Shown one piece after another: positions 12,156-24,179 of a stretch of DNA of 64,000 nucleotides. Location of the stretch: assembly GCA_002269645.1 (NCBI GenBank), contig NIVC01001493.1, positions 186,001 to 250,000 on the forward strand, read 5' to 3'. Position 1 is the stretch's first letter, and each line of letters starts with the position of its first letter. Origin of the DNA: Macrostomum lignano (Eukaryota). A program made the translations under genes and the position numbers. The notes below the pieces were generated by a model. The model was not told the origin of the DNA. It made no database searches and saw nothing but the letters and a program-made list of their open reading frames with translations.

Positions 12156-12497
12156 GTGCCCAACGCTCTGCAGCGCGACCTGCCGTACCGCTTCAAGCCG
12201 AAGTCCGTCGGCTCTGCCGCGGCCGCCGCCGACCCGCTCGAGTCGTCTCGCCCGGCCGTGATTCGCGAGCCGCACGAGTCGCGCCGCGCCGAACTGCTAG
12301 AGATGCTGCGCGCCGTTAACTCGGAGAAGCGCGCCAAACAGCGCGCCCAAATGGTGGCGCGAGTGGTCAAGCACAAAGCGGCCACGGCAAAGATTGAAGC
12401 CGCTAGGCAGGTAAAGCAGAAAGCTACGAAAAAGAAGATGCTATCAGCAAAAGGGCAACAGCAGCAGAGTCGAAAACGCGCTGGAGGCAAGCATTGA
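12156..12497 (+). CDS. BMS1: BMS1 terminal coding exon
   Basis: CTAG|GTG gives VPNALQRDLPYRFKPK...AVIREPHE...KH*, typical of the BMS1 C-terminus. AATAAA at 12755-12760. Confidence 0.9.
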   Translation: MPNALQRDLPYRFKPKSVGSAAAAADPLESSRPAVIREPHESRRAELLEMLRAVNSEKRAKQRAQMVARVVKHKAATAKIEAARQVKQKATKKKMLSAKGQQQQSRKRAGGKH

Positions 12498-12899
12498 ATG
12501 GAATTGGACTTCAGTGATCCAACAGGAAAGAATTTATGGCGCAGAAATCCAGTGGTTCTTGGCTGAAATATTTTGTGTTCAATTTCGTAGTTTAAAAAAT
12601 AATGATTCGCAATGTGCGCGCGCGATTACAGGCATTTATAGTAATTAAAATTCATATTATCACGTTGGCTAGTTAAATTAACTTCACTGCCGCTGTGGCA
12701 CTGTTGATGAGTGTCGGTTCGGGACATTCAATTGATATACAAGTTTGAAGACTAAATAAATGCATTGACTTCTGATTCATGCTGCATGTTTTGGGAAACT
12801 TGAGTTAACAACGCTTAGTTTCTTTTCTTCATTGTTTTTCACTTAGGCTAGGTTTTGTCTATTGTAGTGAGTGGGAAATTTCTGTAAATTTAATAACTA

Positions 12900-13362
12900 G
12901 GGAGACACTGGGAGAGGAACAGGGGAGACACTGGGAGAGGAACAGGGGAGACACTGGGAGAGGAACAGGGGAGACACTGGGAGAGGAACAGGGGAGACAC
13001 TGGGAGAGGAACAGGGGAGACACTGGGAGAGGAACAGGCGAGACACTGGAGAGGAACAGGCGAGACACTGGGAGAGGAACAGGGGAGACACTGGGAGAGG
13101 AACAGGGGAGACACTGGGAGAGGAACAGGGGAGACACTGGGAGAGGAACAGGGGAGACACTGGGAGAGGAACAGGGGAGACACTGGGAGAGGAACAGGGG
13201 AGACACTGGGAGAGGAACAGGGGAGACACTGGGAGAGGAACAGGGGAGACACTGGGAGAGGAACAAGGGAGACACTGGGAGAGGAACAGGGGAGACACTG
13301 GGAGAGGAACAGGGGAGACACTGGGAGAGGAACAGGGGAGACACTAGGAGAGGAACAAGGGA
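12900..13362. repeat. 23-bp minisatellite (GGAGACACTGGGAGAGGAACAGG)
   Basis: Direct reading. Confidence 0.95.
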
Positions 13363-14004
13363 GCCTAGTAATGGAACTGAGAAGTCTGAGAAGCAGCAAA
13401 GGAGTAAAACTGCAGGGAAAAATAAATCTGTGCAGCAATTGCAGACTAGAGTTTCAGGAAGCAATAAAAGCGCTAATGGAAACTGTGTGCATTTTCGAGA
13501 GTAAAAAAATCCGTTTTTTAGTTGCTAGGCGGCATTCAGGAAGGGAAGTCAAGGGCTCATGGGTTTTTCGAGGCTTCCTCCTGGGCAAGCTGTCACATCC
13601 AGGCTGAACTGAATATGCTCTCGCCTTAGCGAAGTCTGTTATTAGCCATATATGGTTATTTTTTAGGCGGAGAAAATATTTTAGACATAAATTGCTTCCT
13701 TGGGTCTTGCTTTGACTTGCAATTTATTATATTGGTTATGTAGTACGTCTAGCACTATGGTTAGTCCACGTACTCGTACATTCCCTGACATACGCGCGTC
13801 AAGAGGTCTTCACCCAGAGTTTCGCGGGAAGATCGTGACTTTACTGAGTGCAAGTGGGATTAAGTCTGCTGTATACGTTTAATATTTGATATTATGTATA
13901 TCCATGTATATTTAGTAAAGTCACGCTAAAGTCACACTATTGTCGCTTAAGTAGAAGGCAGGCACTTGATATTCTGGCCTAAAAATAACCGTTAAAATCC
14001 TCCC

Positions 14005-15012
14005 TAAATCACCCTGAGAATCGCACTGATCTACCCTGAGAATCGCCCTGATACACCCTGAGAATCGCCCTTATCCACCTTGAGAATCACACTGATCCAC
14101 CCTGAGAATCGCCTTGATCCACCCTGAGAATCGCCCTGATACACCCTGAGAATCACACTGATCTACCCTGAGAATCGCCCTGATCCACCCTGAGAATCGC
14201 CCTGATCCACCCTGAGAATCGCCCTGATCCATCCTGAGAATCGTCCTGATACACCCTGAGAATCACACTGATCCACCCTGAGAATCGCCCTGATCCACCC
14301 TGAGAATCGCCCTGATCCATCCTGAGAATCGCCCTGATCCATCCTGAGAATCGCCCTGATACACCCTGAGAATCACACTGATCCACCCTGAGAATCGCCC
14401 TGAACCACCCTGAGAATCGCCCTGATCCATCCTGAGAATCGCCCTTATCCACCTTGAGAATCACACTGATCCACCCTGAGAATCGCCTTGATCCACCCTG
14501 AGAATCGCCCTGATACACCCTGAGAATCACACTGATCTACCCTGAGAATCGCCCTGATCCACCCTGAGAATCGCCCTGATCCACCCTGAGAATCGCCCTG
14601 ATCCATCCTGAGAATCGTCCTGATACACCCTAAGAATCACACTGATCCACCCTGAGAATCGCCTTGATCCACCCTGAGAATCGCCCTGATCCATCCTGAG
14701 AATCGCCCTGATCCACCCTGAGAATCGCCCTGATCCACCCTGAGAATCGCCCTGATCCACCCTGAGAATCGCCCTGATCCACCCTGAGAATCGCCCTGAT
14801 ACACCCTGAGAATCGCCCTGATCCACCCTGAGAATCGTCCTGATACACCCTAAGAATCACACTGATCCACCCTGAGAATCGCCTTGATCCACCCTGAGAA
14901 TCGCCCTGATCCATCCTGAGAATCGCCCTGATCCACCCTGAGAATCGCCCTGATCCACCCTGAGAATCGCCCTGATCCACCCTGAGAATCGCCCTGATCC
15001 ACCCTGAGAATC
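14005..15012. repeat. 22-bp minisatellite (TGATCCACCCTGAGAATCGCCC)
   Basis: Direct reading. Confidence 0.95.
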
Positions 15013-15684
15013 ACTCATAAATTACTCTGAGAATCAAGCCCCTAGTTAGCTCAGCAAATCACCCCAAATCGTCCTAAAAGTCGCCCCAAATCATTCTAAG
15101 AATCGCCCCTATATCATTCTAAGAATCGCCCCCAAATCGTCCTAGAATCACAGTCACTGTGCATCCAATTTCGCTATTTAGATTCCAATAGCCATGCGGT
15201 TTTTATCAACTTTATCGTCCATCACAGCAAGTTTTCTGACTAATTACAAGTCATAGCCCTGGTGTGCTGTATACGCGCAGCCTTACCAGCTATAGCCATG
15301 TGTGTCTATACAAAAGCTTGCGTGCAAGTGATTTGTGGCCAGATTAGTTTGCGAGTTCGCGTGACATCAAAAGCTGAGAAGGGACGGCAGAGCTTGCCGG
15401 GGAAGAGAGACAGACGAACCGAATTCCTCCTCTCTGTTGGTTCCTCGATCCCTCCCTTATTGGCCAATAGCCAGTAGCAATGTAAATCTCTGCTGACTTG
15501 CTACGTATAAAGCTGCTTCGTGTCTCATTTCTCTTATTGCGACTTTTTCTCCCAACCCTTTTTATTTTTTGAGGAATTTCTTTCAATCTATTTCGAAGTT
15601 AGGGATCTGTAAGTGCTGTTTTCAAATTATCAGTGTACAGCTCGTTGCTGTGATTTGCCGTAGAATCTTGTTAGTGACTGCCGC

Positions 15685-16055
15685 TTTAGCCGCCCTGGCA
15701 ACCAGTATTGACTCATCTTAGCGCCCCTAGCAACCAAATATTGACACACCTGCTATTTAGCGGTATCCTAGCGGCCCTAGCAACTAACATTTGCCCTCTG
15801 CTATTCATCTTAGCGCCCCTAGCAACCAATATTGAATCCCCATTACTAATTTTAGCGCCCCTAGCAACCAATATTGATTCCCCATTACTCATTTTAGCCC
15901 CCCTGGCAACCAATATTGATTCCCCAGGGCCAAGATCAAATTTTAGTGCCCCCTGGCAACCAAATATTGACACCCTTGATTTTTATCTTGGCACCCCTAG
16001 CAACCAATCTTTGCACCTCTGCTATTCATCTTAGCGGCCCTAGCAACCAAATATT
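15685..16055. repeat. Degenerate ~45-bp tandem repeat with core CCCT(A/G)GCAAC, about 9 copies
   Basis: Direct reading. Confidence 0.85.
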
Positions 16056-16434
16056 GTAAATCAAATTGCGTACATGTGCGTAGTGCTTTTGATTAAATTG
16101 CTTAATTTTCAAGCACCAGGGATGTTATTGAATTAAAGTGCTAATTGCTAGCCTGCCTGTATGTCATGCATTATGCATAACTACTCATACGTATGCTCGA
16201 GAATAATATAAGCCATGTGCCAAACGGCCATGAATAGGGGAGCTGCTTGTGAGCACATTCAAAAAAGCAATATCCTATAAGAGACACTGTACCATTGCGC
16301 AGTAGAGGGAACTAATCACAAATAGTCAGGAAGTTAATAAATGTATGGTTTATGAGTTATAAGTTGAGAGGAAGGAATTCACTTGACGATTTTCAGAGGA
16401 AACAACTTATAGTGCTTCGATGATTTAAATTAAA

Positions 16435-16878
16435 GGAATCTAAACAGCAGGCTGTGTGAACTCTTAGGAATCTAAACTGCAGGCTGTGTAAACTCTTAGG
16501 AATCTAAACTGCAGGCTATGTAAACTCTTAGGAATCTAAACTGCAGGCTGTGTGAACTATTAGTAATCTAAACTGCAGGCTGTGTAAACTCTTAGGAATC
16601 TAAACTGCAGGCTGTGTAAACTCTTAGGAATCTAAACTGCAGGCTGTGTGAACTATTAGTAATCTAAACTGCAGGCTGTGTAAACTCTTAGGAATCTAAA
16701 CTGCAGGCTGTGTAAACTCTTAGGAATCTAAACTGCAGGCTGTGTAAACTCTTAGGAATCTAAACTGCAGGCTGTGTGAACTCTCAGGAATCTAAACTGC
16801 AGGCTGTGTGAACTCTTAGGAATCTAAACTGCAGGCTGTGTGAACTCTTAGGAATCTAAACTGCAGGCTGTGTGAACT
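16435..16878. repeat. 32-bp minisatellite (GGAATCTAAACTGCAGGCTGTGTAAACTCTTA)
   Basis: Direct reading. Confidence 0.95.
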
Positions 16879-16957
16879 TTTTGAATTAAGTAGAACTTGT
16901 TTTAAAAATATCGCATAATTTTTTTCAGAATTTCGTTCAATTTTTCAAAGAATTAAT

Positions 16958-17421
16958 ATGTCAACAAACCGTCGCATCCTACTAGCAGTAGACGGCAGTG
17001 AGCATTCCGATCGGGCTTTGAAATTCTACGCCGAAAGTATCTGGCAACCTGGCGACGAAGTGATATTTGTTTATTGCGTGGAGCCGCCGCGCCTGTCTCT
17101 GAGCGACATGGTGTCGTCCGGTGCGTCGGACGCATTTGCTCGCGGCGTCGAGTCTGCCGTTCAGCACGGTCACCGACTCGCCGACGAGCTCCGGGCCAAG
17201 TGCACCGTTCTGGGCGTCACCAGCACGGTGCGATTCGTGAACGGATGGAGCCGAACGGAGCCGGGGCGGCCATCGTTGATGTCAGCCAAGAGGAGGCTGT
17301 CACCTGCCTGGTGCTGGGCAGCCGAGGTCTGGGCAAATTTCGACGCACCTTTCTCGGTAGCGTGTCCGACTATGTGCTGCATCATTCCCGCAAACCGGTG
17401 CTCATTGTGCCGCCGCAGTGA
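16958..17421 (+). CDS. Universal stress protein (UspA-like), copy 1; intronless, with an apparent 1-nt deletion at ~17239
   Basis: RRILLAVDGSEHSDRAL...VYCVEPP in one frame; ERMEPNGAGAAIV...GSRGLGKFRRTFLGSVSDYVLHHSRKPVLIVPP in the -1 frame, carrying the G-2x-G-9x-GS ATP-binding motif. Confidence 0.88.
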
Positions 17422-17435
17422 TTGTTTTGTGCACT

Positions 17436-17796
17436 ACCGATATGTATCGATAGTTATTTAAAATGATTTTCAGCTAATTGTACTGATATGTATCGATAGT
17501 GATGTAAAATGATTTCCAGCTAATATTTTATACCGATATGTATCGATAGTGATGTAAAATGATTTCCAGCTAATATTCTATACCGATATGTATCGATAGT
17601 GATGTAAAATGATTTCCAGCTAATATTTTATACCGATATGTATCGATAGTGATGTAAAATGATTTCCAGCTTATATTTTATACCGATATGTATCGATAGT
17701 GATGTAAAATGATTTCCAGCTAATATTTTATACCGATATGTATCGATAGTGATGTAAAATGATTTCCAGTTAATATTGTATACCGATATGTATCGA
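17436..17796. repeat. ~50-bp tandem repeat containing ACCGATATGTATCGA, just 3' of USP copy 1
   Basis: Direct reading. Confidence 0.9.
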
Positions 17797-19420
17797 AAAG
17801 AAACACAAAAATTTAATCATTTCTAGCTCGTAAATTAGCTTAACGAAAGTAGGCATTATCGTATCTATTCATTTCAATTCCATCTTTCCGTATCTACATA
17901 GGAGTTTTGTGTTGCCGATATGTATCGAAAATTGTATGAAAAGCTAATTACGAAAGTTTTGCAAACTACTTTTATTTATTATATTTGATTATCTATTCTG
18001 TGATCTAAACTTCTTATTCTGTAAGTAAGATGGCTAACTGGACGAAATTATTTTTTAATAATTTTAAAAGTATCGACCGATATGTATCGAAAGTTAGGCT
18101 TTTCATCGAGTCTTTGTCTACTACTCTACGGCAATCTAATTTTATTGTTCGCGTCTCTGTCCTCAAAGCTCAGGACGGTTTTCACTGATATATATTTGTA
18201 ATACTATCTATGAAAGCAGCAATATAGTATGTAATATGTTTTCAGTGTCGTAATAGGAAATATATGCATATTGTAAAACCTCCGATGTTGTGATTCATTG
18301 CTTCGTGTCTGGCTTCCGCTTGTTCTAATCTTTTTTTAATACATATTTTGAATATACTACTGATGTTGTAAGTGCGTATTTCAATATTTTTTATCAATGA
18401 GCTTTTATTACGTTTTTAGTGGTCACTTCCTTTTTTATTATAATCGTCCAAAATCATATTTGTTATCTGTAGAGGCTTCAATAAAAGTACATGTTGTACT
18501 ATAAAGTTATTTATTATTATTATTGGGCTTTGGAATCGAGATATTTAAATTCATCAGGCCCTCAGATTTTCTTCAGCTGTGTACTTTTGTATTCAATGTA
18601 TTTTTAAAGTTCTTATGTGCTTTAGTTCTGTTTTAAACAACTTTTATGACTCCAATTAAGTATTCTCTGACCTTGCCCTGCCTTAACCTTCCGTTTATTA
18701 TTTATTTTGATATTCACTTTAAGTTGCAGCTTATAGAGTCTTTTTAGAAGTTTTTATTAATGCTTAATTCCATTTTCTGCTTGCCTCCGTCTTTATAATT
18801 GATTTTAATGCATAAACTACTGACAAAAAGTAGGTGGTACCGCTTTTCAGCTATTAATATTTCAAATTATTTATTTATGTCACAACTTTTCTTATCGTGT
18901 TCAAAGTAAGAAATTATTGCTTATTTGTGTTCCAGCGTGTTTATGTTCTTCTATTTTTTATAATTCTACTTTAATATATCACTAATCACAATTTGGTTAT
19001 TTACTTCATAAAAATGTGTTGTTTAGATTTATTTTGATTTTTCTACGTCTAAAAATAGCTATTTCTAGGCCTGTATAGTTAGTACATGAATGTACTTTTA
19101 ATGAGCAATTAACAGTTTGCATGTTGTCTATATATAAACTGTGAATATTAAATTTTCTAGGTTTCTGTTTGAGATTTTTACTTTAAATATTAGTACGTTT
19201 GTACTTTTATCGTTTCATATATGCTATGCGTGTTAATAAAAGACTCTCGGTCTTTAGTGCAAGTGTACTTTTTATTGATGTAATAAAGTACGCGATGTAC
19301 TTTAAAATACTTTGATTGATTTTGTCTGCTTATTTCAATTTTGATTGCACATATTTAATTGATCCAGAATCCATTCCAGTCTTCAGTTGCCATCGCCGGG
19401 GTTGAGACAGGCCATAAATC

Positions 19421-19642
19421 ATGTCCAATTATAACAGCAGAAGAAGCAACAGCGCCTCGGCAACCCGCCGCATCCTCATCGCCATTGACGGCAGCGAACA
19501 CAGCGGGCGAGCCGTCGACTGGTACGCGGCCAACATGAACCAACCCGACGATGAGCTGCTATTTGTCTACGTTGTTGAGCCGCCGGCTGTTTCCTTGGCA
19601 ACCAGGCTGACGCGCGCCGATGTCACGGCAGCTTATGCCAAG
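19421..19642 (+). CDS. Universal stress protein, copy 2, exon 1 (join 19421..19642, 20633..20989)
   Basis: RRILIAIDGSEHSGRAVDWY...VYVVEPP; donor AAG|GTGGG. Confidence 0.9.
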
Positions 19643-19784
19643 GTGGGTTCCTCTTGTGTCTTTTAACTAAATTTTTTACACTGGCTCTGTGTAAATAATG
19701 GTTAGTCCTACCCGGTGTACACCTGTGTGAGCCTGTGCCTGCTCAGGGCTCAGCAGAATGGGAAGGGCGGCAGGCCCTCCCATT

Positions 19785-20450
19785 CCCTCTCTCCCTCCTC
19801 TCTCCTTCCTCATCCCTTTCTACCCCCTCTCCCTCTCTTCTTCTCCCCCCCCTCTCTACCCTCTCTCCCTCTTCTCTCTCCCTCTCTTCCTCCTCCCTCT
19901 CTACCCTCTCTCCCTCTTCTCTCTCCCTCTCTTTCCCTCCTCCCTCTCTACCCTCTCTCCCTCCTCCCTCTCTACCCTCTCTCCCTCTCTACCCTCTCTC
20001 CCTCTTCTCTCTCCCTCTCTTCCTCCTCCCTCTCTACCCTCTCTCCCTCTTCTCTCTCCCTCTCTCCCTCCTCCCTCTCTACCCTCTCTCCCTCTCTATC
20101 CTCTCTCCCTCTTCTCTCTCCCTCTCTCCCTCCTTCCTCTCTACCCTCTCTCCCTCCTCCCTCTCTACCCTCTCTCCCTCTCTATCCTCTCTCCCTCTCT
20201 CTCCCTCTCTATCCTCTCTCCCTCTTCTCTCTCCCTCTCTCCCTCCTTCCTCTCTACCCTCTCTCCCTCCTCCCTCTCTACCCTCTCTCCCTCTCTACCC
20301 TCTCTCCCTCTTCTCTCTCCCTCTCTCCCTCCTCCCTCTCTACCCTCTCTCCCTCTCTATCCTCTCTCCCTCTCTATCCTCTCTCCTTCTCTACCCTCTC
20401 TCCCTCTTCTCTCTCCCTCTCCCTCTCCCTTTCTACCCTCTCTCCTATTT
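19785..20450. repeat. CT-rich low-complexity repeat in the USP copy 2 intron
   Basis: Direct reading. Confidence 0.93.
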
Positions 20451-20632
20451 CTCTTTTTTTGCTCCGATTTTCTTATCCAATCATTTCCACACGCACTGTC
20501 AATAGCTAATATTAATTTTTTTTATTACCCAGCTAACTGACGCCACCAGTAGTCTAGCCAGTATAGTCCTATGCCTACTGGATACTCGAGTCTCGATTTT
20601 GTTTCTAAGAAATCACTCGCGCCCAACCCCAG

Positions 20633-20989
20633 GCCGTAGACAAGGCAGTTAATGTCGGCCATCGCTTAGCCGCATCCGTGCGCGAGCATTGCAACTCAGC
20701 TGGCATCAGTCAGACTATTCGATTCCTGGAGCGCATGGGTTCGAAACCGGGACCTGCCCTAGTCGAGGTTGCCAACGAGGAGCGAGCCGGTTTCATTGTG
20801 CTGGGCAGTCGGGGCCAGAGTCGGGTTAGGCGGACCTTCCTTGGCAGCGTGTCCGAGTACGTGCTGCACCATGCCCACCGGCCAGTGTGCATCGTGCCGC
20901 CGCCACAGCCGCCTTCTCAACCTGAAATAGCGAATCAGTCAGCCAGCAATGCCCGTCCCGATTTTAATAGTGACGGCAATGCGAGTTGA
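20633..20989 (+). CDS. Universal stress protein, copy 2, exon 2
   Basis: CCCCAG|GCC gives AVDKAVNVGHRL...GSRGQSRVRRTFLGSVSEYVLHHAHRPVCIVPP, phase 0 and collinear with copy 1. Confidence 0.9.
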   Translation, partial: AVDKAVNVGHRLAASVREHCNSAGISQTIRFLERMGSKPGPALVEVANEERAGFIVLGSRGQSRVRRTFLGSVSEYVLHHAHRPVCIVPPPQPPSQPEIANQSASNARPDFNSDGNAS

Positions 20990-21014
20990 CTGCTGTACAA
21001 TTCCCGTACTATAG

Positions 21015-22450
21015 ATTTTGGGAAGATATCCCTATGTTATGGACTTTAGGATTTGGGAAAATACCCCATATTGGATTCTGGGGGGAAGATATCCCATATT
21101 GGGTTTGAAAAGATATCCCATATTGGGTTTTGGAAAGATATCCCCATATTGGATTTTGGGAAGATATCCCCATATTGGATTTTGGGGGGAAAGATATCCC
21201 ATATTGGGTTTGAAAAGATATCCCATATTGGGTTTGAAAAGATATCCCATATTGGGTTTGAAAAGATATCCCATATTGGATTTTGGGAAGATATCTCCAT
21301 ATTGGATTTTGGGGGGAAAGATATCCCACATTGAGTTTTAAAAGATATCCCTATATTGGATTTTGGGGGGGGGGAAGATATCCCATATTGGGTTTGAAAA
21401 GATATCCCATATTGGGTTTGAAAAGATATCCCATATTGGGTTTGAAAAGATATCCCATATTGGATTTTGGGAAGATATCCCCATATTGGATTTTGGGGGG
21501 GAAGATATCCCATATTGAGTTTGAAAAGATATCCCATATTGGGTTTGAAAAGATATCCCATATTGGGTTTGAAAAGATATCCCATATTGGGTTTGAAAAG
21601 ATATCCCATATTGGGTTTGAAAAGATATCCCATATTGGATTTTGGGAAGATATCCCATATTGGATTTGGGGGGGAAGATATCCCATATTGAGTTTGAAAA
21701 GATATCCCATATTGGGTTTGAAAAGATATCCCATATTGGGTTTGAAAAGATATCCCATATTGGGTTTGAAAAGATATCCCATATTGGGTTTGAAAAGATA
21801 TCCCATATTGGGTTTGAATAGATATCCCATATTGGGTTTGAAAAGATATCCCATATTGGGTTTGAAAAGATATCCCATATTGGATTTTGGGAAGATATCC
21901 CATATTGGATTTGGGGGGAAGATATCCCATATTGAGTTTGAAAAGATATCCCATATTGGGTTTGAAAAGATATCCCATATTGGGTTTGAAAAGATATCCC
22001 ATATTGGGTTTGAAAAGATATCCCATATTGGGTTTGAAAAGATATCCCATATTGGATTTTGGGAAGATATCCCATATTGGATTTGGGGGGGAAGATATCC
22101 CATATTGGGTTTGAAAAGATATCCCATATTGGATTTTGGGAAGATATCCCCATATTGGATTTTGGGAAGATATCCCCATATTGGATTTTGGGAAGATATC
22201 CCATATTGGATTTTGGGAAGATATCCCATATTGGGTTTGAAAAGATATCCCATATTGGATTTTGGGAAGATATACCATCTTGGATTTTGTGAAAATATCC
22301 CATATTGGATTATGGGGGTATATACTCGAACCATATCGGGATTTAGGGAAACCTATATTATGGACTTTAGTTAAATATCCCATATTGGATTTTGGAAGAT
22401 ATCCCATATTATGGACTTTAGTTAGATATCCCATATTGGATTTTGGGAAG
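21015..22450. repeat. 24-bp minisatellite (GATATCCCATATTGGGTTTGAAAA)
   Basis: Direct reading; the unit is quasi-palindromic. Confidence 0.96.
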
Positions 22451-22889
22451 CTATCCCAATTCTATGTTTCTAGTGAAATTTCACAATATTGTTTATAAGG
22501 ATGACTTGATTAAGTCTTTAAAAAATACCCTGTTGTATTGTGTTACAAAAATTTGAGTTGACTTTATTGATCCCTTTTCTGTTTTTCTACCATTTTTCAT
22601 CAGCAGTGTATTTTCGTTGTATTATACAATACAATAAGCTAAGTGTCTGTGACTCAATTACGTTAGAATCAATGTATATGTATTGTATTGCTTTTTGTAA
22701 GTACAAATAATTAAGCTGCAGGCGCATAAATATATTATTGTTTTTGTTGTTTTTGCTGTGATGCTGCAATTCATTTTTAATTTAATTGACTTTTGAGACT
22801 AAAGAGGCTAAAGAATGACATAAAGTATGCGAATTTGGCAGTTGTTACTGGTGGCTAGTACAGTTGGCTCTTGTTTTGAAACTCATGCA

Positions 22890-23640
22890 GAGTAGATTTG
22901 GTCATAGATATTCATATGCAATCAAAAGTAGATTGGTCATAAATATTCAATCAAAAGTAGATTTGGTCATAGATATGTAATTGAAAGTAGATTTGGTCAT
23001 AGATATGCAATGGAAAGTAGATTTGGTCATAGATATGCAATGGAAAGTAGATTTGATCATAAATATTCAATCAAAAGTAGATTTGGTCATAGATATGCAA
23101 TTAAAAGTAGATATGATCATAGATGTTCAATGGAAAGTAGATTTGGTCATAGGTATGCAATGGAAAGTAGATTCGGTCATAGATATGCAATGGAAAGTAG
23201 ATTCGGTCATAGATATGCAATGGAAAGTAGATTCGGTCATAGATATGCAATTGAAAGTAGATTCGGTCATAGATATGCAATGGAAAGTAGATTCGGTCAT
23301 AGATATGCAATGGAAAGTAGATTCGGTCATAGATATGCAATTGAAAGTAGATTTGATCATAAATATTCAATCAAAAGTAGATTTGATCATAAATATTCAA
23401 TCAAAAGTAGACTTGATCATAAATATTCAATCTAAAGTAGATTTGATCATAAATATTCAATCAAAGTAGACTTGATCATAAATATTCAATCAAAGTAGAT
23501 TGGTCATAGATATGCAATGGAAAGTAGATTTGGTCATGGATATGCAATGGAAAGTAGATTTGATCATAAATATTCAATCAAAGTAGATTGGTCATAGATA
23601 TGTAATTTAAAGTAGATTTGGTAATATATATGCAATCGAA
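22890..23640. repeat. 30-bp minisatellite (AAAGTAGATTTGGTCATAGATATGCAATGG)
   Basis: Direct reading. Confidence 0.94.
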
Positions 23641-24179
23641 AGTAGTTTTGAGTGGATTCGGTCATTCAACGTTCATTTGGTCATAGACAGTTTTTAATGC
23701 AACAGTGCTCATAGACCAGTCAACCGAAATCAATGTTCATAAGTCATTACTAGCAACTGTGTCAAAGTTTGAAATTCTGCCTTTTATTGACTGCATTCCA
23801 AGCGCTTGTAAGTTGGGCTCAAAACACATTCTTTTACTATTTTTAGCATTTATTTTTTGAAACTTTTGAACCTTTGATGGTTTTTTGCTACCATTTTCAT
23901 GCTAGCTTACTAGCAGTAGTAAAATTTGCGCAATAAATTTGTTGTTTTGTAATCTAGATTTTGTTAGGTTTTTTGTCTTGCCTGTTTTCTTCATGTCAGT
24001 GTTAGTTTTGTCAGAATATATGCTACTTTTCTGATCATGTAAAATTTATGATTATGTTGTTGGACTTTTTCAATTTCGCTATTTTTGTATCAAAATCTTA
24101 CCATAGAATAGAATAATCTAGGTCATGGAAAATTCATTGGTCATTGAACAAATTTCGGTCATTGAAAAAAACTAATCAG

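Noticed and set aside
11669-15012. Pro/Ser-rich and other periodic ORFs at 11.7-12.3, 12.9-13.5 and 14.1-15.0 kb
   Set aside because: Periodicity equals the minisatellite unit, and several frames and strands are open at once.
12900-16878. CRISPR-like appearance of regular repeats
   Set aside because: Head-to-tail units without unique spacers, no cas genes, and a eukaryotic context.
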